This document shows positions 55,926 to 64,000 of a DNA stretch of 64,000 bases, piece after piece (the first letter of the stretch is position 1; each line of letters opens with the position of its first letter). The translations under genes were made by a program, and so were the position numbers. The DNA is taken from contig CBDFKD010000002.1 in assembly GCA_965248695.1 (NCBI GenBank), forward strand, positions 5,408,001-5,472,000. The letters run 5' to 3'. The DNA is from Acidobacteriota bacterium (GTDB lineage Bacteria; Acidobacteriota; UBA890; WLXD01). The notes under the pieces are model-generated. The model was not told the origin of the DNA. It was given only the letters and a program-made list of their open reading frames with translations, and did not search any database.

Positions 55926-57932
55926 CTATCGTGGCAGGTGGGCCTCGATGCCGCCGCCGACACCGCCGGTAAACAGCTCGAGTCGACCGTCGCCGTCGAT
56001 ATCGACGAACGCCGGGGTGACGAACGCATGTCCACCTGCAGGCAGCGCACCATCGGCCTCGAACACTGGAGACTGCGGCGTCCCGGTGTTGCGAAACAGC
56101 GCTAGCCCCTCGGCCTCGGAGCCCACCACCAGATCCAGGTCGCCGTCGCCGTCGATATCGGTCAAGGTCGGCGCGCTACGACGTCCGACGTCTATGGCAC
56201 CGAACTTGTCATCGACAAGCTCGTAGATCGGAGAGCTTGCCGAGCCGGAGTTGCGGTAGAAGTTCAGCTCCCCGGAAGACTCGCCGATAAACAGATCGAG
56301 ATCGCCGTCGGCGTCGATATCCCCCAGCGCCGGCACCGCATTGCGCCCGCGAGTGAGCTTGGCGATCTCAGGATCGGCCACCACCCAACTCGGGCTACTG
56401 CTGTCGCCCTCGTTGAGCACCAGCTGCAGCTCGTCGTCCCAGGTACCCATGAGGATGTCGAGATCACCATCAGCGTCCAGGTCACCGAAGGCAGGCGCGT
56501 AGTGGTAGGCGCTGGAGAACTCCTCGACCGGGCCGCGCAGCTGTAGACGAGGCCGCGTCGCGCTACCGATGTTCTCGAAAAAGAACACGCGTCCGGCGCG
56601 CGTATCGCCAGGCTCGATCTTGTTGCTGAGGAACAGGTCGAGATCACCGTCGGCATCGATGTCGGCGAAGGCCGGGAAGCTCTCGCTACCGACGTCGACC
56701 TGACTCAGGAAGCGCCGCGTCCGCAGCTCGAGTCGTCGGGCACCGGTACGCTCCAGCTGCAGGAAGTTGTCGACGGTCGTGTTGTTGGGGTTGAAGGCTC
56801 CGCCGAGCACGCCGACCAGGAGATCGACATCACCGTCGCCATCCAGATCACCGAAAGCCGGGGCGTTGTAGCCACTCGTCTTCACCGGGTCGTTGGGTGG
56901 AAACGGTATTGGCTCCGAGCGAAGCGACGGAGCTCGGCATGAACCGCGGTTCTCGATCAGCAGCAGCCCGGGCTCGAAGAAGTCGCCCCAGAACAGATCG
57001 AGGTCACCGTCCCCGTCGAAGTCGACGAACGCCATGGTATTGGCGCCGTGCAATGTCCCTCGATTGCCGGCACCCTGGGTTCCGCTAGGACCGGTGCCGG
57101 GGGTGGGGCCACCGAGTACCTGGCCAATGATCTCGATACCCTGGAACCGATCTTCCAGGTGGCGAAACACGGGGGCGCCCCGTTCGTCCAGTTCGACCAT
57201 CTCGTTGCGAGTTATGGTGCCCTCGACGCGTCCCACCATGAGATCGAGGCGGCCGTCACAGTCGAGGTCGGCCACCTTCGGGATGTTCTGCCGATCGGCG
57301 AACACGGGCTCGCCCTGATCGTCCATGAGACGTTCGGTCAGCAGCACGAAGCGTGGCGTCGCCCGGTCGCCCTGGTTCTGGTACATGCGTACCAGGCTGA
57401 ACCGCTCTTCGCCCAGCAGATCGAGGTCGCCGTCAGCGTCGACGTCGACGAACAGGTACCACTCCCCGATATCGACGTCCTGGTATGCATCGGTGCGCCA
57501 GACGTAGCGCGGCGCGTCCGGTGTCCCGGTCTGTTCGAAGAACATCACATCGCCGGAGTACTCCTGCACGAACAGATCGAGATCGCCGTCATTGTCGATA
57601 TCGGCGAGCTGCGGCCGTGGCAGGTTGAGTCCACCGAGGAACGGATGCGCATACGCGATGCCGTCTGTGTCGAGCACCTCGAAGGCATACACATCCCGCT
57701 CGAGCTCGGGGGCAGGCGCACCGGCCTCCTGGAGTGCTAGCCCGCGGGCGCCGACGAGCAGGCCCGCTGCCCCCAGAACCAGGCTCAATGCACCGAACCC
57801 AGCGCGTCGTCGCGAGACGAGCGGGAGATACCGGCATCGACTCGGCCGGGGCACACACTCAACAACAGGTACGGGATGGGTCACACGATCTCCGTCGAAC
57901 ACCGGGCCGGCGCAGCTGGGGCGCGCGCTCAA
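55926..57932 (-). CDS. Secreted FG-GAP/VCBS repeat protein (start uncertain, probably downstream of 57932)
   Basis: Many P.F.D(I/L)DxDGDLD repeats. Confidence 0.85.
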   Translation of the reverse strand: MSARPSCAGPVFDGDRVTHPVPVVECVPRPSRCRYLPLVSRRRAGFGALSLVLGAAGLLVGARGLALQEAGAPAPELERDVYAFEVLDTDGIAYAHPFLGGLNLPRPQLADIDNDGDLDLFVQEYSGDVMFFEQTGTPDAPRYVWRTDAYQDVDIGEWYLFVDVDADGDLDLLGEERFSLVRMYQNQGDRATPRFVLLTERLMDDQGEPVFADRQNIPKVADLDCDGRLDLMVGRVEGTITRNEMVELDERGAPVFRHLEDRFQGIEIIGQVLGGPTPGTGPSGTQGAGNRGTLHGANTMAFVDFDGDGDLDLFWGDFFEPGLLLIENRGSCRAPSLRSEPIPFPPNDPVKTSGYNAPAFGDLDGDGDVDLLVGVLGGAFNPNNTTVDNFLQLERTGARRLELRTRRFLSQVDVGSESFPAFADIDADGDLDLFLSNKIEPGDTRAGRVFFFENIGSATRPRLQLRGPVEEFSSAYHYAPAFGDLDADGDLDILMGTWDDELQLVLNEGDSSSPSWVVADPEIAKLTRGRNAVPALGDIDADGDLDLFIGESSGELNFYRNSGSASSPIYELVDDKFGAIDVGRRSAPTLTDIDGDGDLDLVVGSEAEGLALFRNTGTPQSPVFEADGALPAGGHAFVTPAFVDIDGDGRLELFTGGVGGGIEAHLPR

Positions 57933-57969
57933 CTGTAGCGCAAACGGAAACCATGCAGACGCACCCGGA

Positions 57970-58560
57970 TCAGGAGCTCAACGCGGCGCGCAACTCGTGA
58001 GCCGACTGGCGAATCGAGCTGCGAAGATACTGCGACGAGGCCGCAGCCCCGCGCCCGAGCGGTCCTTCGCTGCCGGGCTCGACGCGAACGGATGCCAGCA
58101 CCGGCCCGGCGCCGGAAAGCACCTCCGGCAGCTGTCGCTGATACTCGACGGCGTCGTCGAACGCGTAGGTTCGCTCGAACCCGACAGCGCGGGCGGCAGC
58201 GCCGAAGTCGGTCCGTCCTTGTGCCGCCAGCGCCTGGCTACCGGTGATCTCGTAGGTGCCGTTGTCGACGATCAGCAGCGTCAGATTGACGACCTCCGCA
58301 TCCACAATCGTCGCCAGCGTTCCGAGGCTCATGAGCATGCTGCCGTCGCCATTCAGGCAGATCACCCCCCGTTGTGGCTGCGCCAACGCCAGACCCAGTG
58401 CGAGGTCGGCCGCGTGGCCCATGGCGCTATCGGCCGAGGCGAAGTCGAGATGACTGCGCGAATGGCGCGCCCAGGGCCGCACCACCGACATCGTCGTGAC
58501 CACGATGCGCTCACCGCGTAGCCGAGCCAGCGGAGCCAGGAGCTCGTCTTTGGTGAGCAT
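57970..58560 (-). CDS. TPP-binding subunit, sulfopyruvate/phosphonopyruvate decarboxylase beta (ComE-like)
   Basis: AMGHA, GDGSMLM, DNGTYEITGSQ; ATG overlaps the upstream stop (TGATG). Confidence 0.82.
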   Translation of the reverse strand: MLTKDELLAPLARLRGERIVVTTMSVVRPWARHSRSHLDFASADSAMGHAADLALGLALAQPQRGVICLNGDGSMLMSLGTLATIVDAEVVNLTLLIVDNGTYEITGSQALAAQGRTDFGAAARAVGFERTYAFDDAVEYQRQLPEVLSGAGPVLASVRVEPGSEGPLGRGAAASSQYLRSSIRQSAHELRAALSS

Positions 58561-59126
58561 CACACCAACCCGCGAGTCAGGAGGACGGCGGTCGGCTGCG
58601 ACTGCCGGGCAGCGGTTTCGAGAGCTCGCGGCAGCACCGTGTCGGTGTCGGCATCGGATCCGTGGCGCCAGAACGGAACGCCCCAGGCGGTCAGCGTCGG
58701 CTCGGTCAGGAGCGCCACCGAGTCAACGTCGGCACGGGTCAACACCTCGGCCTCGGGACTCTGCGGAGGGGGGTCCAGCCCGGCCGCCAGCATCTTGGCG
58801 TAGCCGCGATAACCAACCAGGCATAACAACGGAACGCCCATGCGCAAGGCCGTACCTCGCAGGCTGTCGCCGCTCTCGAGCAACCCGGTGTTCTGGATGA
58901 TCACCACGGGCTGCTGACCACCGATCCACAGGCCGGTGGCAACGGCGAACGCCTCGCCTTCCCGGGCGACGCGCAATAGCCGAATGGTCGGATGGTCGCG
59001 CACCAGCTCGAAGATCGCGGCGGTGTCGTTGTCGGGTATTCCGACAGCGTGGGTCGCACCCAAGCGCACCAGACGATCGACGAGCCGAGCTCCGCTCGGT
59101 GGTCCGCTAGCGTCGGCGCCGGCCAT
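58560..59126 (-). CDS. Sulfopyruvate/phosphonopyruvate decarboxylase alpha (ComD-like)
   Basis: GIPD, REGEAFAVATG, QNTG, GYRG, TEPTL. Confidence 0.82.
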   Translation of the reverse strand: MAGADASGPPSGARLVDRLVRLGATHAVGIPDNDTAAIFELVRDHPTIRLLRVAREGEAFAVATGLWIGGQQPVVIIQNTGLLESGDSLRGTALRMGVPLLCLVGYRGYAKMLAAGLDPPPQSPEAEVLTRADVDSVALLTEPTLTAWGVPFWRHGSDADTDTVLPRALETAARQSQPTAVLLTRGLV

Positions 59127-59134
59127 TCGGTTAT

Positions 59135-61552
59135 CTACGGTCGCGGCCGATCGGCGTCGTGCACTTTGAGGATGAAGAGCCCCTCTTTGCCCGAGGTCAC
59201 CGCCACCACGCCGCTGTCGAAAAAGGGGTAGTTGCTCCACGAGCCGATCGCGCCGGAGAGGATGTCCCCCATGCCGTCGTTCTCGCCCCAGGGCACGGTA
59301 TCGAAGAACCCCAGCGGCTGCGGTCGCTCGCGATCGCTGATATCGAGCACATGCAACCCGCTACGGTAGTTCGACTGGTACATCACGTCGCCGACGATAT
59401 AGAGATTGTGGTCGGTGGCCGGATTGTCGGTGGTGTACTCACCCACCAGGATCGGGTCCTCCAGATCCTGCACGTCCCAGATCAGCGTCCGCGTGCCACT
59501 TACCAGGCCGGCGATCTCGTCGCCCTCGTCGTTCATGTAGAAGTAGCGATGTTCCCCGTCCAGCCAGCCCTGATGCGTGTAGGCCAGGTTCGGGTAGGTC
59601 GCCAGCGCGATCACCTGCGGGTTGCGCTTGTCGGTAACATCCCCGATCCCGAAGGCCCGACCGTCCGAGCTAAAGCAGACCTCGCGACCCTGGTAGCGAT
59701 CGTCGGGGCCCTGGTAGGTCACACATTGCACATCGTGCGTGCCGCCGGGGCCACGCGGACTGCTCGCCTGCGGCTCGAAACAGCCGGCGAAGATCGGATT
59801 GCGTGGATCCTCGACGTTGATCATGTGCAGCGCGCCGCCGCAGGTCTCGCCGCCCGAGCTGTTGCCGACGGCGTACGCGAAGGCGCTGTCGGCGTTGATA
59901 TGGAGGTTGTGCGACGAGTTCACACCGTCGTAATGCGCCGCCTCGCTGAAGGCGAGCGGTGTGCCCTCGAACTGCCGCAGCAGCGTGAGGTCGAAAACCT
60001 GGACACCATGCGGCCCAGAGGCGTCGGCCACGATGAAGGCGTGATCGGCGTAGACCTTGATGTCACGCCATAGGCTGGGCGGCGAGGCCGCCGGTTTCGG
60101 CAACTTGCCCACGAAAACGGGAGCGTAGGGGTCGGTGACGTCGACAAACGCAGTACCGTCGCGCATACCGACGATGGCGTAGTCGTGATCGCTCTGTGGA
60201 TCCGTCCAGCCCCAAATATCGTTGGTGGTCACGCCGCGCCCGCCACCGATGTCCTGAATTGGCAGGAAGGCGATGAGGTCGACGTTGTCGCATTCGAAGA
60301 TCCCGGCTCGACCGTCGACACACTCGACGGCGCCGTCGGTGATCGCCGGCATGCCTCGGGCGCCGCTGAGCACTCGTGAACGATCCCAGCCATCCCCGAG
60401 CCGGCTCAAGATGACGGCGCTGCCGGCGCCGTAGTCATCCCCCGGCAACCCCGCCACTACCAGGTCGCCGTTCGCCGCCAACGCAGCACCATAAGCGGAA
60501 CCGAACTTGAGGCCCCTGGCGCCGAGCTTGGCCGCCGCAGCCCACTCGCCCGACCGATCGCGCGTGAAGCGATACACACGCCCTTCCAGCCGCCCGGAGC
60601 CCGCACCGGGAGCACCGACCAGCGCCTCGTCGTCGCCCAGCACCAGGTCGATTCCGAACATCGCGCCGGCGGGGGAATCGAACGGCGCCAGCCCACCGTC
60701 CTGGTTCCAGCTGGCGTCGTTCTCGACGTAGCGGTAGCGGTAGACCGCCCCGGCGAAATCATCGGTACCGACGGCACCGATGAGCGCCTCGTTTCCAGTC
60801 ACGGCCAGACTCGAACCGAACATCGCCCCGGCGGCGCGGCGCGGAGGAGACTCGAGCTTGTCGACACGATCCCACTGGTCACCGTCGCGGCGAAACACGT
60901 AGACGCTCCCCTGCGGCGGGCTCTGCTGGAACTGTCCGCGAAGAAACATGTCCACCCGGCCGCCCGGGGCTCCGACGAAGATCCACTCGCCCGCCTGCGC
61001 CACCGTCGCGCCGAACCCTTCCGGCGCGTTCGAGGCGGCATCGCTCCCATCGCCGGCAATGGTTGCGGTCAGCGCCCATCCGTCGCCGGCCGGCTCGAAG
61101 ATAAACGCGCTGCCTGCGCCGCCGTTGGCCCCCGGCGCGCCGACGAGAACGCGGTCGTGGCCGAGTGCCACGGCGCCGCCGAAACCGGCGACCGCCGCAT
61201 CGGGAGCAATGCGGTCGGACTCCTCCCAGACGCCGGCGCGACGCTCGAACAGATACGCAGCACCCGCGGCGTCCGCCCCGACGAGCAACAGCTCGCCATC
61301 GACGGCGATCGAACGGCCGAAGCCGTCGGTATCGGCGGCGTCCGAGGCGAGCAGCTCTTGCACCTGATCCCAGCCACCGTTGGCCGGGCGATAGACGTAC
61401 ACGATTCCTGGGCCGATGAGGTTCGCGGGCTCGCCGACGAAGACAACAGCGTCGCCGACCGCCGCGGCGGATCCGTATCCGATCTGAGCGTCCGCCGGCA
61501 TGGCGACCAGGGCGATAGCACACAGGGGCAGCGCCACAGAGAGCTTTCTCAT
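59135..61552 (-). CDS. Choice-of-anchor B family protein with N-terminal FG-GAP repeats
   Basis: Signal peptide; NDIWGWTDP, WRDIKVY, HG.QVFDL, HD.QC, YTHQGW, DHNLY, WSNYPFF.SG. Confidence 0.85.
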   Translation of the reverse strand: MRKLSVALPLCAIALVAMPADAQIGYGSAAAVGDAVVFVGEPANLIGPGIVYVYRPANGGWDQVQELLASDAADTDGFGRSIAVDGELLLVGADAAGAAYLFERRAGVWEESDRIAPDAAVAGFGGAVALGHDRVLVGAPGANGGAGSAFIFEPAGDGWALTATIAGDGSDAASNAPEGFGATVAQAGEWIFVGAPGGRVDMFLRGQFQQSPPQGSVYVFRRDGDQWDRVDKLESPPRRAAGAMFGSSLAVTGNEALIGAVGTDDFAGAVYRYRYVENDASWNQDGGLAPFDSPAGAMFGIDLVLGDDEALVGAPGAGSGRLEGRVYRFTRDRSGEWAAAAKLGARGLKFGSAYGAALAANGDLVVAGLPGDDYGAGSAVILSRLGDGWDRSRVLSGARGMPAITDGAVECVDGRAGIFECDNVDLIAFLPIQDIGGGRGVTTNDIWGWTDPQSDHDYAIVGMRDGTAFVDVTDPYAPVFVGKLPKPAASPPSLWRDIKVYADHAFIVADASGPHGVQVFDLTLLRQFEGTPLAFSEAAHYDGVNSSHNLHINADSAFAYAVGNSSGGETCGGALHMINVEDPRNPIFAGCFEPQASSPRGPGGTHDVQCVTYQGPDDRYQGREVCFSSDGRAFGIGDVTDKRNPQVIALATYPNLAYTHQGWLDGEHRYFYMNDEGDEIAGLVSGTRTLIWDVQDLEDPILVGEYTTDNPATDHNLYIVGDVMYQSNYRSGLHVLDISDRERPQPLGFFDTVPWGENDGMGDILSGAIGSWSNYPFFDSGVVAVTSGKEGLFILKVHDADRPRP

Positions 61553-61638
61553 GGATATTCCTCGGTTACCTGGAGACGAAGGATTCTGCCACACGGCCCG
61601 GCGCATCCCGGCAACGCGTGCCGCTACCCCAGGGCCGG

Positions 61639-62715
61639 TCAGCCCCCGGTGGCTGTGCCCACGCCAGCGGCGTAGGCTGGCACCTCGAGCACCTTGACGA
61701 CGCGGCGCGACTCCGTATCGATGATGTTCAGCGTGCCCGGGGGCTTCTCGCCGTCAGCGAACTCGCCATACTCCCCCGCCGTGTTGCGGCCGGAGACGAA
61801 CAGCCAGCGACCGTCTTCCGAGATGCCGCTGCCGTGGGGCTCGAACAGTCCGCCACCGCTGATCTGACCCGCCAGCTGCCAGCTGGCGGTGTCGATCACC
61901 GCCACCGCGTTGGAGGTGCGTTGCGGGAAATACACCACCGAGCCATCCGGTGAGTAGACCGGGTGCCAGGGCTGACCACCGAGCGGAAAGCGCTTTTGCA
62001 GTCGCGGATTGCGGGCGTCGCTGATGTCGAACACCACTATCTCGCCGGAGATCTGTCCGCCGGTCACCATCGTGTTGCCGTCCGGCGAGATGGCGAACTG
62101 CACGAACGTGTGGATAGCACCCGGAACGTCGAGCAGCTCGAGACCCTCTTCGGCCGGCTCCACTGTCGCCAGGCGATTCTCTGCCAGGCTCGCGGTGTAA
62201 ACCACCTCGCCATTGGGGTTGGCCATCACGGCGTGGGGACGAGCGAAGAAGACGTCGATCTCTTCGATCGCCATGCTGTCGCGCTCGATTACGCCGATGC
62301 GCGTCGGTGGGCTCACAGCCGCCATCGATCGCCCCACGTAGAGTGACCTGCCGGCAGGGCCCATCGACAGCATGCCGGGCGTCTCGAACTCGGCCTGGCC
62401 CACCAGGTTGTTGTCCCGGTCGAACTTCAGCACTCGCCAATCGGCGATCAGCGAGACGTACCAGTGCGACCCGTCGGGTTCGACGGCCACATGGTGTGGC
62501 TTGCAGTTGGCGCTGAACCCGAGCGCCGTGAGGTCGACCGTGGCGACCACCTCTTGGGTCTCGATATCGACTACCGAGACCGCAGCACCGTCCTGACTGG
62601 CGACGTAGACGAGGCTCGAAGGCGTCGCCCAGGCGGTGGAAGACCACGCCAATGCGACGACGATCAGGGTCACGGCGATCAGCGACCCCAGTATCCTGCG
62701 AGCGATCTCCTTCAT
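61639..62715 (-). CDS. Secreted YncE-like beta-propeller
   Basis: Signal peptide; VYVA, VSVVD, KPHHV, RPHA, PWHP, EPHG blades. Confidence 0.78.
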   Translation of the reverse strand: MKEIARRILGSLIAVTLIVVALAWSSTAWATPSSLVYVASQDGAAVSVVDIETQEVVATVDLTALGFSANCKPHHVAVEPDGSHWYVSLIADWRVLKFDRDNNLVGQAEFETPGMLSMGPAGRSLYVGRSMAAVSPPTRIGVIERDSMAIEEIDVFFARPHAVMANPNGEVVYTASLAENRLATVEPAEEGLELLDVPGAIHTFVQFAISPDGNTMVTGGQISGEIVVFDISDARNPRLQKRFPLGGQPWHPVYSPDGSVVYFPQRTSNAVAVIDTASWQLAGQISGGGLFEPHGSGISEDGRWLFVSGRNTAGEYGEFADGEKPPGTLNIIDTESRRVVKVLEVPAYAAGVGTATGG

Positions 62716-64000
62716 TCCCTTTCCGACTCGCCAGGCGTGGCGGTGGGCGCCGCGTCGTCGCGCAGCTTGGCGACGAAAAAGCCCTCGCTCATCGAGGTGA
62801 TCACCACGATGCCGCTACCGAAGTACGGGTAGTTGCTCCACGATCCCGCCATCCCCTCGCCGTCCTCTCCGTACGGCACGGTATCGATGTAGCCGATCTC
62901 CTTGATCTCCTCGGGCTCAGAGACGTCGAAGACCCGGAGTCCCGAGTCGTAGTTCGACTGGTACATGACGTTACCGACAACGTAGAGATTGTGGTCGATG
63001 GCGGGGTTGTCGGAGACGAACTCCTTGGCAACGATCGGATCCTCGAGGTCCTGCACGTCCCAGACGATCGTCCGCGTCCCTTCCACCAGGCGCATCATCT
63101 CGTCGCCTTCGTCGTTCATGTAGAAGTAGCGGTGATCGTCGGTGAGCCAACCCTGGTGGCTGTAGGAAACGTTGGGATAGCTCGCCATGCCGATCGACTG
63201 CGGGTCGCGCTTGTCGCTGACGTCGGCGATCGACAGCGCCGTCTCGTTGGAGCCGAAACAGATCTCCCGGCCCGTGTAGCGCTCGTCCGGACCGTGGTAG
63301 CTCACACACTGCGCGTCATGCGAGTAACCGGTGCCGCGCTCGCCCGTGCGGATGTCCTGGAAACACCCCGCGAAGACGGGCTGCTTGGGATCCTCGATAT
63401 TCACCATGTGGAGTCCACCACCGCACGTCTCGCCGCCGCCGCTGGCACCAACGATGAAGGCGAAAGCAGTTTCCTCGTTGATGACGATGTTGTGGGCCGA
63501 GTTCATGTCGGTGTAGATCACGTCCTCTTCGAAGATGATCGGATCGCCGTCGAACTCGCGCAGACGCTTCAGATCGAAAACCTGCATGCCGTGCTCACCG
63601 GCGCTGTCGGAGACGATGAAGGCATGGTCGGCATAGACCTTGATATCGCGCCAGATACTCGTGACAGCGCCGTCCGTCCGCGGAAGCTTGCCGACATAGA
63701 CCGGGTTGTAGGGGTCGGTGACATCGACGAACGAGGCCGCTGTGCTGAGCCCAACGATGGCGATGTCGCGATCCGTGTCGGGATCGGTCCATCCCCAGAT
63801 GTCATTCACCACCACACCGCGACCGCCACCGATCTCGTGCGTCGGCAGGAACGCAAGCAAGTCGACGCCGGCACATTCGAAGTGCCCCGCCTGTCCGGCC
63901 TCGCACGGGACTGCGGCGCCGGTGATGCGCTCGAGCCCCGTGACATCGGACGCCACCGTGGTGCGATCCCAACCACCGTAGGTACGGGTCAAGATCATCG
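62712..64000 (-). CDS. Second choice-of-anchor B family protein (5' end outside window)
   Basis: Same motifs as 59135-61552: NDIWGWTDP, WRDIKVY, HDAQC, HQGW, DHNLY, WSNYPYF. Confidence 0.85.
   Translation of the reverse strand, partial: MILTRTYGGWDRTTVASDVTGLERITGAAVPCEAGQAGHFECAGVDLLAFLPTHEIGGGRGVVVNDIWGWTDPDTDRDIAIVGLSTAASFVDVTDPYNPVYVGKLPRTDGAVTSIWRDIKVYADHAFIVSDSAGEHGMQVFDLKRLREFDGDPIIFEEDVIYTDMNSAHNIVINEETAFAFIVGASGGGETCGGGLHMVNIEDPKQPVFAGCFQDIRTGERGTGYSHDAQCVSYHGPDERYTGREICFGSNETALSIADVSDKRDPQSIGMASYPNVSYSHQGWLTDDHRYFYMNDEGDEMMRLVEGTRTIVWDVQDLEDPIVAKEFVSDNPAIDHNLYVVGNVMYQSNYDSGLRVFDVSEPEEIKEIGYIDTVPYGEDGEGMAGSWSNYPYFGSGIVVITSMSEGFFVAKLRDDAAPTATPGESERE

Overview
High-GC bacterial chromosomal window, probably Acidobacteriota (inferred from a GWxTD-domain protein, a FecR/DUF6600 protein and an Acidobacteria-type Ser/Thr kinase N-terminus). 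Most of it is core or catabolic metabolism: moeA, queG, glnA, dgt, trpS, fhs, metH, cls, iadA, an Aas-like ligase, and an hcrCAB-like molybdoenzyme with two crotonases and a thiolase. Three genes (hcrA-like, hcrB-like, iadA) are split by small frameshifts that look like read errors. An accessory zone at 36.2-44.3 kb has an IS3-family element that truncates both neighbouring genes, tRNA-Leu(TAA) with att-like flanking DNA, and a PPIase + HupE/UreJ + two exported ureohydrolase module. In that module one paralog has lost three of six metal ligands, making it the best candidate for an undescribed system. Other notable non-coding signals are a promoter-driven four-hairpin RNA with C-rich loops upstream of trpS, a 183-bp CTAG-flanked MITE, and a very AT-rich palindromic patch between convergent genes. 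The right end is an operon-like run of secreted His-rich beta-propellers with comDE-like genes embedded. No CRISPR array or rRNA was seen. All calls come from reading motifs by eye; no searches were run.
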